A DNA stretch of 63,787 bases, the filler included, from Octopus bimaculoides (Eukaryota), in NCBI RefSeq assembly GCF_001194135.2. It is 9 parts of 7 records of this genome, joined end to end, with 100 filler letters (N's around TTAATTAATTAA, not from the genome) between each part and the next. Parts side by side here need not be neighbours in the genome. Positions count along the whole stretch, not along the records: positions 31,850 to 38,913 come from NC_068985.1; positions 39,014 to 44,040 come from NW_026342871.1; positions 44,141 to 54,600 come from NC_068981.1; 6 more parts are not named here. One strand, written 5' to 3'. Position numbers and translations under genes: made by a program. Shown here piece after piece: positions 37,625 through 50,685 of this stretch. Below the pieces are notes generated by a model. That model was not told the origin of the DNA, ran no database searches, and worked only from the letters and a program-made list of their open reading frames with translations. The first letter of the stretch is position 1; each line of letters opens with the position of its first letter.

Positions 37625-37830
37625 TTCAAATTTTGGCACAAGGCCAACAAGTTTAAGGGTGGGGATATGTCACTTACATCGACCCCAGAGTTCAACTGGT
37701 ACTTATTTTATCAATCCCGCAAAGATGGAAATCGACCTCGGCAGGATCTGAACTCAGAACAAAAAGACAGGTGAAGTATTGCTAAGCATTTTACCGTGTG
37801 CACCAACAGTTTTACCAGATTTCTGTCTTG
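37625..37830 (-). mobile_element. SINE family A copy
   Basis: ttggcacaaggcc...atcgacccc...gacctcggcagga.tgaactcagaac. Confidence 0.8.
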
Positions 37831-38449
37831 ATCTATAATAATATTATCATCACACAGATACACACACACACACATGCAAATGTATGCATGCACACACACA
37901 CATATCAGGTTTCTACACAGTTTCTGTATCCCAAAGCTCATTCACACAGCATTTGTCAATGAAAGGCTACAAGGCAAGACACATGCCTAGGGTACTGCAT
38001 GAGGAAATTGAACCCAAAACCATAGGGGTGTGAAATGAATCTCATCATAAACATATGACTGGGTGTATGTGATGGTGCATGGCTTCGTGATTTAGGCATT
38101 GGCCTCACCATCAAAGAATTGTTGTTTGATTAAAGAAATGGGAATGTGTCATTGTCTCGAGCAAGACCCATTATTCCATGTTACTCCAAACTAATCAGCA
38201 GAAAAGAGCAGCACCAGCAGCTGATGAGTTAAGCCTGCAATTGGTTGGCATCACATTCCAGTGGGATCTTTGTACTAACAGTCTCTTAAATGCCATGGGA
38301 ATCAGAATAAACTGCGACCCAACAGAACTGCAAGTTTGAGTAACAGAAACTGCCTATTACTTCTAAGGACCTCTCCAGACATTTGAGGGGAGGGGGTCTA
38401 TTTTCTGTACATTCTTAGTGTTTATTGTATGTGCACAATAAACTTCCTG

Positions 38450-38913
38450 CATGACCTCAAATTCAACATGGAGGCCTACATCAAGTGCGTGGAGGAGGTA
38501 GTGCTTCCCTGGGTGGCTGCTGGAAGACCCTATGTCTGGCAACAGGACTCTGCATCAGGCCACACAGGCAGGAGAACTCAGTCATAGCTGTCAGACAATT
38601 TTTGTGACCACACCACCCCTAACGCCTGGCCACCTAACTCCCCAGATTGCAACCCCCTTGATTATTATGTGTGGGGTACAGTTGAGTGAGAGACCAACAA
38701 AACTCCTTGTAACACCAAAGATGAACTGAAGGCAAGGATTATGGCAGCATTCACCAATGTAGACAAGGAGACCGTCCAAAAGAGTTGCAGGAGATTCTGA
38801 AGTCGTCTGGAGGCTATGGCTGAAGCCAATGGCGATTTTATTGAATAAATTTACTCTTTAGTATTTCAAAATATTTCTATGTAATTTTGATAAATATATG
38901 TTAAATTGAGATG
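38450..38913 (+). mobile_element. maT/DD37D mariner transposase 3' part (pseudogene), truncated by a gap
   Basis: GRPYVWQQDSA...WPPNSPDCNPLDYYVWG...ANGDFIE*. I counted 37 codons between D (38546) and D (38660). Confidence 0.9.
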
Positions 38914-39014
38914 NNNNNNNNNNNNNNNNNNNNNNNNNNNNNNNNNNNNNNNNNNNNTTAATTAATTAANNNNNNNNNNNNNNNNNNNNNNNNNNNNNNN
39001 NNNNNNNNNNNNNT

Positions 39015-39290
39015 TCTGGAGAGAAACCATATCAGTGTAAGGAATGTGGAATGTCATTCTCTCTTTCTACTAAATTAAGAATACATGAGAGAATACATAC
39101 TGGAGAGAATCCGTTTCAATGTCAGGAATGTGGTAAGTCGTTCTCTCAGTCTGGTAATTTACGAACACATGAAAGAATACATTCTGGAGAGAAACCATAT
39201 CAGTGTAAGGTGTGTAGGAAGTCGTTCTCTCATTCTGGTAATTTACGAACACATGAAAGAATACATTCTGGAGAGAGGCCATTGCAATGA
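39015..39290 (+). CDS. C-terminal part of a C2H2 zinc-finger protein (3 fingers visible; the rest is lost in the gap)
   Basis: [91 protein letters not shown]. All C/H ligands and linkers are intact. Confidence 0.92.
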   Translation, partial: SGEKPYQCKECGMSFSLSTKLRIHERIHTGENPFQCQECGKSFSQSGNLRTHERIHSGEKPYQCKVCRKSFSHSGNLRTHERIHSGERPLQ

Positions 39291-39331
39291 AAGGAATATT
39301 ATCATTTACAGTATATGTAATAAGTGGCATT

Positions 39332-39733
39332 GTGGAGGTGCAATGGCCCAGTGGTTAGGGCAGCGGACTCGCGGTCATAGGATCGCGGTTTTGATTCCCA
39401 GACCGGGCGTTGTGAGTGTTTATTGAGCGAAAACACCTAAGGCTCCACGAGGCTCCGGCAGGGGATGGTGGCGAACCCTGCTGTACTCTTCCACCACAAC
39501 TTTCTCTCACTCTTACTTCCTGTTTCTGTTGTGCCTGTAATTCAAAGGGTCAGCCTTGTCACACTCTGTGTCACGCTGAATATCCCCCCCCCCCGAGAAC
39601 TACGTTAGGGGTACACGTGTCTGTGGAGTGATCAGCCCCTTGCACGTTAATTTCACAAGCAGGCTGTTCCGTTGATCGGATCAACTGGAACCCTTGACGT
39701 CGTAAGCGACGGAGTGCCAACAACAACAACAAC
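39332..39733 (+). mobile_element. Full-length SINE family B with (CAA)n tail and 13-bp TSD
   Basis: A-box-like tggcccagtgg and B-box-like ggttttgattcc. TSD aataagtg(g/a)catt at 39319-39331 and 39734-39746. Confidence 0.93.
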
Positions 39734-39819
39734 AATAAGTGACATTAATTTAAATTCTTTACATTATGATTACCTAACACTAATCATAATTTGTTTGGAC
39801 TAAACTACACTTTGTGACT

Positions 39820-39862
<43 letters not shown>

Positions 39863-40244
39863 TACATATACACATATATATACCCTGACACATATGTTGT
39901 TGTCATGCTGTGTACAACATCAGTTCCATAAAAAAATAAATATAGACTTCCTTTCATAGATGACTTACAATATTATGGTTGTAGACTGATTCATTGACGA
40001 GGTAAGTCTGTTCTTTCAGTAAATCCTTTACAGCATTTCAAATTAATAGATTTGAGATTCTTAGCCAGTTATCCATTAGGTGGTTGTCATCTTATGTTCT
40101 TTATATTTTGTAACATGTTTTTGACTAATTTCAAAGCTTCCAGTTTACTTGTTTATTTTGATGTTCTGTGTTTCTTAAGATCTATAATTCATTTTGAGGA
40201 TATTTCTGTGTTTTATATGTAAAAATATAGTATTTTTCAATGTC

Positions 40245-40540
40245 ACGTAAAAAGCACATGTGGTGGTGCCATATAGAAAACACCATTGCTGGCACCGTGT
40301 GGAAGATCACCTGTGCCAACACCTCATACTAAAATCCCTGTGCTGGCGTCGCAAAAAGGGAACCCAGTACACTCTGTAAAGGGGTCGGCATCAAGCAAAG
40401 CATCCAGCCAGATAAACCATAACAAACCAAATGATTATAACCTGGTGCAACCTTCCAGCTTGCCAACCTGTGTCAAACCGTCCAACGCATGCCAGCATGG
40501 AAAATGAACGCTAAATGACGATGATGATGATGATGATGAA
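40245..40540 (+). mobile_element. RTE-tail-type short element ending in (GAT)n
   Basis: Shares taaaagcac...ggcatc...gtcaaaccgtccaac.catgccagcatgga..gatgatgat with 36000-36340, 41978-42146, 31600-31749 and 34572-34645 (-). Confidence 0.7.
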
Positions 40541-40759
40541 ATATATATATGCACTTGGAAACTACAGTAGTTGTACTTACCAGGAGATATTTGTGTAAAA
40601 TTTGGTTTTAGTATGTAGGATTGAAAGTGTAATTTGTTGTTGGTCCTAGTATGACTGCGTCCACATAGGGGGTCAATATAATATTTAAATTACTAAATTT
40701 AATGATATGAACAATCTAACTTTTAGGATAATGTAATGCATGCATGAGAATTATAGATA

Positions 40760-41812
40760 TAGGGTGTCCCAAAAGTCACTGATGAGATTCAATTGTTCAT
40801 AACCTCCTTGACTTTACAAATAAATGCATGAAATTTTGATACAATATAAAGGACATAATGGAAATTAATATGCACAAGTCAAATTTTGCAACGCCACTGC
40901 ATCACATGTGAAAAATGACATCACTTAAATGGCAGCCATTTTGGTTTTGCATACCGATGCTCTTTGTTTCAGACCCCTCTTCTCTGATGGTCTCCTTTAC
41001 TTACACCAGGGCCTCTGGTTTGTTGATGTCTAACCCTCTCTTTCATGTATCTTCACAAGAAAAAAATCCGAGCTAGTCACATGGAGGCCAGTTGACATTG
41101 CCGTGGAGAGGGACATTATTCTCCCTGCAAAGCCCTGCCGTAGCAACTGCACTGTTTCTCTTGCGGTGTGCGCAGTTGCCCCATCTTGCAGGAACCGTGT
41201 GTGAGGTCTAATTTGAATGGCCTTCACAATCCCGGATTTTTTTCTTGTGGGGCTGCCTGAAAAAGACCCTGGTGCATCTGAAGGATAACATCAGCAGAGA
41301 AATCAGGGAAGTGGGGTCTGAAAATCTGAGGGTGTTTTGGAAAGAGCAAGGGTTTGCAAAGCTGTCATATGACCTGTGCATATCAATTTCCATTATGTCC
41401 TTTTAGTGACGGCGCGTAGCTTAGTGGTTAGGGCATTCGGCTCACGATCATAAGGTGTCCTTGAGCAAGACACTTTATTTCACGTTGCTCCAGTCAACTC
41501 AGCTGGCAAAAATGAGTTGTACCTGTATTTCAAAGGGCCAGCCTTGTCACACTCTGTGGTCACGCTGAATCTACCTGAGAACTACGTTAAGGGGACACGT
41601 GTCTGTGGAGTGCTCAGTCACTTGCATGTTAATTTCACGAGCAAGCTGTTCCGTTGATCGGATCAGCTGGAACCCTCCTCGTCGTAACCGACGGAGTGCT
41701 CTTTATATCCTTTATATTGTATCAACATTTCATGCATTTATTTGTAAGGTTAAGAAAGTTATTAAAAATTGAAACCCATCATTACCTTTTGGGACACCCG
41801 GTATATATTCAA
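40760..41812. mobile_element. Mariner (DD41D/rosa-like) foldback made of two outward-facing transposase 3' ends
   Basis: Minus arm: LQDGATAHTARE...NWPP..FFL...QNGCHLSDVIFHM*. Plus arm: PDFFLWGCLK...LKDNISREIRE. Both arms continue into the same ~130-bp terminal sequence ending gggacaccc. Confidence 0.75.
41406..41702 (+). mobile_element. SINE (family B-related) inserted in the mariner terminal sequence
   Basis: Shares its 3' half with 39332-39733. TSD ttat(g/a)tccttt at 41393-41403 and 41703-41713. Confidence 0.87.
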
Positions 41813-42284
41813 GTACACTATATAGGTAGGTAAGTAGAAAGGTAGATAGATGTATCACCTGTATCTATAGACATTTAATGCATGCATTAACATTGGAGTT
41901 TGATGTAATTAATATAAGAGAGTAACTCCCCATTGTCACTGTCATTCAACTGTTCCTCATTTATAACTTTAAGCAGCCACTACACTCTCTGAGTGGTTGG
42001 CGTTAGGAAGGGCATCCAGCTGTAGAAACTCTGCCAAATCAGATTGGAGCCTGGTGTAGCCATCTGGTTTCACCAGTCCTCAGTCAAATCGTCCAACCCA
42101 TGCTAGCATGGAAAGTGGACGTTAAACGACGACGATGATGATGATGAATGATAAGGCTGATGCGTTTTAAATTGTCTTTATTCTATCTTCTACTAAATGA
42201 TCTTCATTACTTCACACACACACACACACACAAGCATTTATATCTATGCATAAGTGTATACATATGTGTGTGTATAGAGTGTAA

Positions 42285-42610
42285 GCGACCTGAGAGAAAT
42301 GTTGGACAGAAGAAGCATTAGATGTGACGTGCAGGAGAGACGTCTGCACTGGTATGGTCATGTACTACGGATGGATGAGGAGAGCTGTGTGAAGAAGTGC
42401 CACTCCCAAACACTGAAAGGAACCCGTGGGGTGAGGTGGTGAAACATGACCTTTGAACGTTGGGCCTCGCAGAGACAATGATGGAAGACCGAAACCTGGA
42501 GATATGCTGTAACTGAGAAGACCTGGCAGGTAAAGTGAGATCACAGTTGTAGCCGACGCCAGTGTCACATAACCAGCCCACTCAGAAAGTACCTTTGGAT
42601 CGTATGTGAT
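42285..42610 (+). mobile_element. RTE LINE 3' coding fragment
   Basis: LREMLDRRSIRCDVQERRLHWYGHVLRMDEESCVKKC. Confidence 0.85.
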
Positions 42611-43357
42611 GTCTACATACACATCTTTAAGACCCTAGATTTAGTATCTGCTTCTCTGTGTTTACTCCAGTGTGTGACTTCATATGAATCCATCTTATCA
42701 AAAATAGAATTTTAATCTTAAAACATTACATTCAACAATTCCCAATTGCTTTAGGGCAGCATTGATATTTCCACATTACCTGTTCATGTGCAGTATTGTA
42801 CCTTCATTGGTCATTTATTCTAATTGATCTGACCAATCATGTGTTAATTGTTACTTAACAATATTTGGATGCTTTTTTATGAATGGGAGTTTCTGAGGAC
42901 TTCTAAAGATTCGACTGTGATATTCTCTGCTATATCATATTGTATAATATTATTTTGTATAAAATTATCATTTTGCAATGTTATTTATATTTGCGTTCAT
43001 GTTTTGCCTCTAACATGCATATAATTATATATATATAAATGCAACCACAATTCAGACCTCCAACCGTTACTGTTAAATATTCAATTTGTGTCATTGTTAA
43101 TTATGTATAAAATATCTGAAAATTTGATGCTGTTTTGTTATGAATTATTATATGTATTACTCCATGATTGTGGTATAACATCATATTGTTTTGTGGTGTA
43201 TGAGCACGTATCTAGAAGAATATGTGTGTTAGTGTGTGTATGTACGTGTTTTTGCATGTATGTTTACATGAGTATGAGCATGCATAAATGTGTGTGTGTA
43301 TGTGTGTCTGCTGTGTATATTTATTTGTATGTTTATATGTATCTATGTATACTTAAC

Positions 43358-43430
43358 ATGGAGGCGCAATGGCCCAGTGGTTAGGGCAGCGGACTCGCGG
43401 TCATAGGATCGCGGTTTCGATTCCCAGACG
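43358..43430 (+). mobile_element. SINE family B head only
   Basis: ggaggcgcaatggcccagtggttagggcagcggactcgcggtcataggatcgcggtttcgattcccagac, then microsatellite. Confidence 0.85.
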
Positions 43431-43494
43431 CGCGTGCACACACATACAAACAGCAAGATGCATACACAGATACATGATTACACACACACATACG

Positions 43495-43546
<52 letters not shown>

Positions 43547-44897
43547 CATACATATATATACGTACTATGTACATATATATATATATGCACACACATACAT
43601 ACATAAGGAGAGAGTGTGGGAGAGATGATGTAACAGAATCCGAAGCTTATGTTCAAAAATATTAACTATGACGTCATAATTCGTTAACCGTGTCCTCACT
43701 CGTATTCCTGCAACATCTATAATTCTTTATTAACCGTTAGAACAGCCAACATTATTTCAAAGATGATTTCTGCCAGTTCCAATATAGTTTTGGTCTGAGG
43801 CGTGACGCCAACAGCTAAAGGGCGATAATTCAAAGAGAAAGAATAAATTTGCTTGCAGTTATCTCCCCCTACACCATACTCTGTTCTATATTTCCAAACG
43901 TCCTCTTGCCGCTACACTTTTACTATTTTACCCTTCTACTTGTTTTAGTCATTTGACTGCGACCATGCTGGAGCACAGCCTTTATAGTTTGAGCAAATCG
44001 ACCCCAGAGCTTATTCTTTGTAAGCCCAGTACTTATTCTANNNNNNNNNNNNNNNNNNNNNNNNNNNNNNNNNNNNNNNNNNNNTTAATTAATTAANNNN
44101 NNNNNNNNNNNNNNNNNNNNNNNNNNNNNNNNNNNNNNNNTATATATATATATATATATATATTTATATGCATACACACACATGAAATGTACTGCCTTGA
44201 AAATGCATTCGGATAATCCTTATTATTGTCGTTATTTTTTCCTCTCTTTCTTTCTCTCTCTCTTTCTCTCTTTCGTCTTTCTCTCAGTACTATACTTTTT
44301 TTCTTCTCGAAAGCAAAAGTAAAGTTTATTAACAAAGCAAAATTCTAAAAACGTAATCTAATTATAAATTTACCAGATGCTTTGTGTAGAGCTTTTTCCT
44401 GGATTATCTGCCACATTTTAACCTCGCCTTTTTACACGTTTACTTCTAATTAAATTTAAACCATGCGCACCCGGTATATAGAGGGGTTAAACAGTCCTAA
44501 CACTTCAGTTACCGCCGCACTAAATTACATTGATAATGAGTGGTAACGAAATATCTTATGGAGAAGGTGCCTTTTAAACGAGAATGAATTTAAAGACAAT
44601 GGCGGTTGTATACTTCTGTTGTGTAGCAATGTTTTTGACTTTGAGTAGTTAAAGCTATATTTAGACTCTGCTTCCTATGTAAGCCTTACAGAGAAATTTG
44701 GTTACGAGTCCAGTACTAAGTAGAATGCTGATACTAAAATATCTGCTTGTTGCTCGTTTTCCCAATTGGTTAGATTTTGCTAACCACAATAAATATTATC
44801 AAATTCTTGACTATATATTCCTTTTCGCTCTCTCTTTCTCTGTACCTCCATATCCATCTCTCTTTATTCTTCCCTCTATTTGTCTCTCTCTCTCTCA

Positions 44898-44965
<68 letters not shown>

Positions 44966-45610
44966 TTATCTATTTATCTGTATATCTATCTGTCTATCTA
45001 ACTATTCATTTATCTATCTAACTATCTGCCTGTCTGTCTGTCTATCTATATCTCTTTTTATGGGTCTCTTTTTTTTTTTTTCGGAAATACCTATATAGAT
45101 GCTTCATGCTGTTAGAATTATAATTGTTCTTACAATACAAAAATATTGTTAAATAAAAATATATATAAATAAATAATTAAAACCACATGTATTACTTTTT
45201 CTATTCGTTTTCTTGATAAAGAAGTAAAGTTGCAAATACTGTAAGAAATATTTGAAGCGATTGAAAAGTTAACTTGAACGAAAGGAAAAAATGTTTTTAC
45301 AGACATATATAATGTCTCCTTTCGTTCTTCATTTTGTCTTATAAAATAAGACAAATGAAGATAAAGGTCAAAGCGATAATTAAAAAAATAAAAAACAGAA
45401 AATGGGCGAAAGTGTTAAGTTTCGCAATGTGGTGTATTGATTGGTTTGTTGGTGGGATAAGTATGGCGATTGGTTGATAAGTTCATTGGTGACTTATTTA
45501 TTTATTTATTTATTTATTTATATGTTTCAGCCAAGTGGCTAAAATTAAATATCCTGGCTCACGCACACACGCTCACATGCACACACACTTGCATAAATAC
45601 ATATATGCAA

Positions 45611-45694
<84 letters not shown>

Positions 45695-45781
45695 NNNNNN
45701 NNNNNTATATGTACGTACGTACGTATGTATACAAATCCATATGTGCATATGATGCGTATATTTACCTATACATATAAATGT

Positions 45782-45813
<32 letters not shown>

Positions 45814-46096
45814 CATACATGCATATGTATATATGTGTGCGTGCGTATGTGTTAGTATATACAAGCGCGCGCACGCATACAATCATATGTGTAAACACAA
45901 CTCAGTGCAATTTCTTTTATTCAATGCACGTTTCACGCGGGTCGTCGATATATCTGACCTTCACACTGTAAAACAAAATGATTGCTTTTGTTTTGTTTTG
46001 TTTTTTTTATTTCTAGAATGTTTAGTGGGAAGGGAAAACAAAGGAACCATAAAAGATGCCAAGTACCATTCAAAATTACCATTTCTGCATTTCCTG

Positions 46097-46129
<33 letters not shown>

Positions 46130-47734
46130 TAACGAATATGATTTCAGAAATACCTTTGACCTTTAAAACTCCCCTCTTCACTCAACTTTGATTGTACTAT
46201 GGTAATATTAAAATATTTTCTTGTATAATTTATGAGTTTAGTTAATGATCCAAACCTTAAGAATCGAATGAAAAACATTAGCGATATTAAAATTATTCAA
46301 ACTCTCTTAAGCAATTTGCTTATCCTAAAACAAACAAAAAATTACTTTTAAGTCATTTTATATCCATGTAAAGACTGTCATGAGGAAAATGTATATATCA
46401 AGCAACATAATATAACCTTTCTGCTTTATACACAAAAATCAAAGCCTTCCCAACATTTATCCGTTCTCAATTTTCTTTTTAAACTATTAATCCCGCTAGG
46501 AATATGATATCAAAAATATCTAAGCTCCTTTTCAGTAAACTATTAAAATTTAAGCCTCATTATGGTTTTAATTGCCTATTAAAGTATTAGCCTCGTCATG
46601 GCTGTGATTATTATCAAAATCGGAATATTTATATTGGTATCTTTTGACTGAAGATATGATCAAGTTTTTAGACGTGGTGTAAAATCTAATCTAAAGTCAC
46701 CATATTATTTTGTTATTTGTATTTATTTAATCGATACAGCGAATAAGTAATATCGATCCTGGAGGGAATTTGAAATCAGAATTCTGAAGTTGACAATTAA
46801 ATGCCAAATGAAGCACACAGGAATCTAAACAATCTGTTATTCTACTGTATTGGCTAATTCTCACCGTTTAAATTGAAATATCAACATTACTCCCAATGAA
46901 GGTTGATGGTAAAGATGACCGAAACAAGAGGGAGCCGCACCCAATTACTTAATTTTAATTAGTTTCATTTATCCACGGTTTGATTTCAAGCCCTACCAGG
47001 GCCGGTTTTGCATATAGAATCTATCAAATAACTACTAGTAGTATACTGTAGTCGATTCAAATTGGCTTTAACAATTGTTTATATAGACGCAAACACAGAT
47101 ATATACCGCGCCATAATCTCTGTTAAAACTGGCTTTGTTCTTAGTTAAAAGAAACCAACATTTCAATGATATTATTGACTATTATTTAACTTTTGAAATT
47201 GTTGTTCAGTTTATTATTGTTGTTTTCTCTGAAACATGACCACTGATTTCCTTTCTTTTTTTCTTTTCCATTTTTTTTTTTTTTTTTTTTTTTNNNNNNN
47301 NNNTTTTTACTATTCCATAACTTGCCAGGAAAATCAACCAATCACTACTATGTTTTGATTTGACAACAAAGAGAAATGTTTTTTAAATGTATTTTACCGA
47401 CGCCGATCTCCTATTGTAACTGGTTCTGCATAATTATACAAAATTAATAACTAATAATATTATTTGTGTTGTGTTTTTATTATTTTTCTAAATCTGTACT
47501 TTAAACGACGACGTTACGTGTCATTTCACTGTCTTGTGAATCGATGTAGTTTACATCAGTAGTAAGTAATCAACAGAAAAAGAGTCGAGACATTTTGCAA
47601 CGTAATTTGTTTCACCATATCGTTTTACAGATAAGGCAATGAGATACGAAACTAAGACTCCATTGCCTGTTTTGGATTTAAAAAACAGGCATGTAGAAAA
47701 AAAATATTTTGAATGAATATACTCTCTCTCTCTT

Positions 47735-48155
47735 TTTGCTCTTTTACTTGTTTCAGTCATTTGACTGCAGCCATGCTGGAGCACCGCCTTTAGTCGAGTA
47801 AATCGACCCCAGGACTTATTCTTTGGAAGCCTAGTACTTATTCTATCGTACTCTTTTGCCGAACCGCTAAGTTACGGGAGCGTAAACACACCACAATCAG
47901 TTGTCAAGCGATGTTGTAGGGGGGAGGACAAACACAGACACACAAACATATACACACACATACATATACACATATATATATATACATATATACGACAGGC
48001 TTCTTTCAGTTTCCGTCTACCAAATCCACTCACAAGGCTTTGGTCGGCCCGAGGCTATAGTAGAAGACACTTGCCCAAGATACCACGCAGTGGAACTGAA
48101 CCCAGAACCATGTGGGTGGTAAGCAAGTTACTTACCACCCAGCCACACCTGCGCC
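47735..48155 (-). mobile_element. Full-length SINE family C with internal (TG/TA)n
   Basis: Minus strand begins aggcgcaggtgtggctgggtggtaag...gggttcagttcc and ends gactgaaacaagtaaaagag. Further copies at 48400-48775, 61385-61640, 63500-63740, 43935-44040 and 37895-38040. Confidence 0.9.
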
Positions 48156-48944
48156 TATATATATTTATGTATATATTTATGTTTGTGCGTATATGTGTGC
48201 AAATGTGCGTGCGTACATTTGTGCGTGTGTGTGTTATACAAACATATGTCTATGTGTTTATATTTATGTATACATGTGTATGCAAAGTAGGTGAGTTAGA
48301 AGCTTGCTTCTAACTCACACCCACATGGTTACTTTGGTCATCGAAAATTGCGTTGTAATAATAAGTTTATATTGCATAGCGTAATTTTTGTTTTTAAATT
48401 GTTTTAGTCGTTGGAGTGAGACCATGCTGGAGCGTCGTCTTGGAGGATTTGGTACAACAAATCGACCACCAATACTGGATTTTTAAGCCTGATATTCTAT
48501 CGGTTTTGCCAAACCGCTATGTTATGTGGACGTAAACAAACCAACACCAGTTGACCAGCAGTTAGGGGACAATCACAGACACAAAAACACACACACAATA
48601 CATACGTATACGACGGGCTTCCACACAGTTTCTTCCCTCAAATTTATTTCATTAAAAAGGCATTGGTCGGCCTGGGGCTGTAGGAAAAGACATTTTCTCA
48701 AAGTGCCGTGCAGTGGGACTGAAACCGAAAATAACTATGTGGTTACAAAGCGAGCTTCATAAAGACAGCCATTTTTGCGACTAGTTTTTACATTTACTGT
48801 TGCAAACGACATGGATGTTATAAAATCGTTGGTGATAATTTCCATCCAATACTATTCTTTACATATATAAGATTTCCTGCCTAAATTATAAAATTGTACT
48901 TATCATGCCCTTCGGAGATACATGAACAACATAATGGTAAATTA

Positions 48945-49553
48945 ACATGGCGTTCCATAATAATATGCGTATTCTCAGGTCCCCAGTATGTGCAATTGTG
49001 GAGGTTAACTGATCCATTTAAGTTGAATGTGGCTTCATCACTCCACACAATCTTTGTTGGAAAGTGTACTTCTTCTACACATCGTGCCAAGTATCACTCG
49101 TAATACTGCACTCTTCGGTCTGGATCATCGTCATTAATAGCATGGACTAATCTTGGAACGTAACTTTTCCATTGACAACGTTTCAAAGTGCGTTGGACAT
49201 ACGATTTTGAAATACCTACCTCACGACTCGCTTGCTTTGTGGGGGTTGTCGATGTTAGTGGTCTTCCAGAACGCTTCTCGTAGACATTCTGAACAGTTTC
49301 ATCGGCTTCAAATTTATCTCTGATTCGAGTGATGGTAATTCGCATTGGTAGATCTGTTTGAAACTCTCTTCTAAACTGTCTTTGCACTTCAACTGCGTTT
49401 TCACACTTGAAGTAGCATTTTAGCATGAATTTTCTTTGTTCAAAGCTTAGTCTGACTGCCGTCATTAATTTCAATGTGTTTCATCTGGAAAGAGAAAACA
49501 TCAATTGAGTTATCAGCTGCTAAAGTGGGTATACATTTGGGGGGCATTCCCTG
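48945..49553 (-). mobile_element. Mariner-like transposon 5' half (HTH plus first catalytic D), one in-frame stop
   Basis: [20 protein letters not shown]...VQRQFRREF...RIRDKFE...SGRP...[10 protein letters not shown]...[28 protein letters not shown] ta|cagggaatgcccccc at 49553. Confidence 0.9.
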
Positions 49554-49929
49554 TATATATATATATCTATATATATATATATATNNNNNNNNNNNNNNNN
49601 NNNNNNNNNNNNNNNNNNNNNNNNNNNNNNNNNNNNNNNNNNNNNNNNNNNNNNNNNNNNNNNNNNNNNNNNNNNNNNNNNNNNNNNNNNNNNNNNNNNN
49701 NNNNNNNNNNNNNNNNNNNNNNNNNNNNNNNNNNNNNNNNNNNNNNNNNNNNNNNNNNNNNNNNNNNNNNNNNNNNNNNNNNNNNNNNNNNNNNNNNNNN
49801 NNNNNNNNNNNNNNNNNNNNNNNNNNNNNNNNNNNNNNNNNNNNNNNNNNNNNNNNNNNNNNNNNNNNNNNNNNNNNNNNNNNNNNNNNNNNNNNNNNNN
49901 NNNNNNNNNNNNNNNNNNNNNNNNNNNTA

Positions 49930-50130
49930 ATGAGAATTTACAAAAAAAAACAAAAGACGAAGACGGGTGTGTAAACAACAAACAGTTGTATTAGTTTAAC
50001 GCTCGGGAAATGATAAAGTCTTTTACGTTTCGAGTCTACGCTCTTCAACAGAAAGGAACACAGAAATAAACAGAAAGAAAAAAATTTTTAAAGGGTTAGC
50101 GGCTAGCGATCTATCACGGCGAGAGAGAGA
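49930..50130 (-). mobile_element. Second copy of the hammerhead-bearing short element
   Basis: Reverse complement aligns with 17190-17355. Confidence 0.65.
50019..50056 (-). ncRNA. Atypical minimal hammerhead-like motif (core CUGUUGA plus A)
   Basis: Stem I CUUU/AAAG; stem II GAG/CUC; GAAA; ACGU; H17 = A. Confidence 0.5.
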
Positions 50131-50424
50131 GAGGGAGAGAAGGAGGTGGAGAGGGAGAGAAAGAGTTAACTTAAATATTCAATGAATACCACGCAGCTTT
50201 TAGAGTTCATCTAAAGGCTAAATTTTATGTCACCTACTTCAATGGATCTTTTCAGACAATTCGAAGGTTAACCTAAAAGCTTTTGGACCAATGAACAATG
50301 CTCCATCTGCTCGTTCGACCTCCTTGAAATATCAACTAAATTCTTCAACCTTCTTTATTTATGGTACCCTGGATAAGGCGCTGAAAATTTTGCGGTGCAA
50401 CAGATAAAAATTGTGTTGCACTCA

Positions 50425-50685
50425 CCATTGAGGGCGTTGCGTGGTGTTCTTGAGCAAAGCACTTCATTTCACGTTGCTCTGTGATCTTTTCGACATCTGA
50501 CATATGGCACATGGTGCACCTGTACAGGTAATCATCGATTTGATGGAAGGAGTGAGCTTATTTGTACACAAACATTTGATCACTATAAACAAATCATTTG
50601 TGTGGTTGTTCAGCAAGAAATTGCCGAACCCTCATACGTCGGTTAATGACGAGAGAGTCGATGATGATATATATTATATATTATA
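50425..50685 (+). mobile_element. Diverged SINE (family B-related core)
   Basis: gtgttcttgagcaaagcacttcatttcacgttgctc matches the core of 41406-41702. Confidence 0.65.

Noticed and set aside
39333-39405. tRNA gene (also 33886 and 43358)
   Set aside because: A and B boxes are present, but there is no proper cloverleaf and the sequence continues into a SINE body with tail and TSD.
39960-40001. 42-nt segment with strong acceptor and donor
   Set aside because: Stops in all three frames and no supporting partner exon; at most a non-coding exon.
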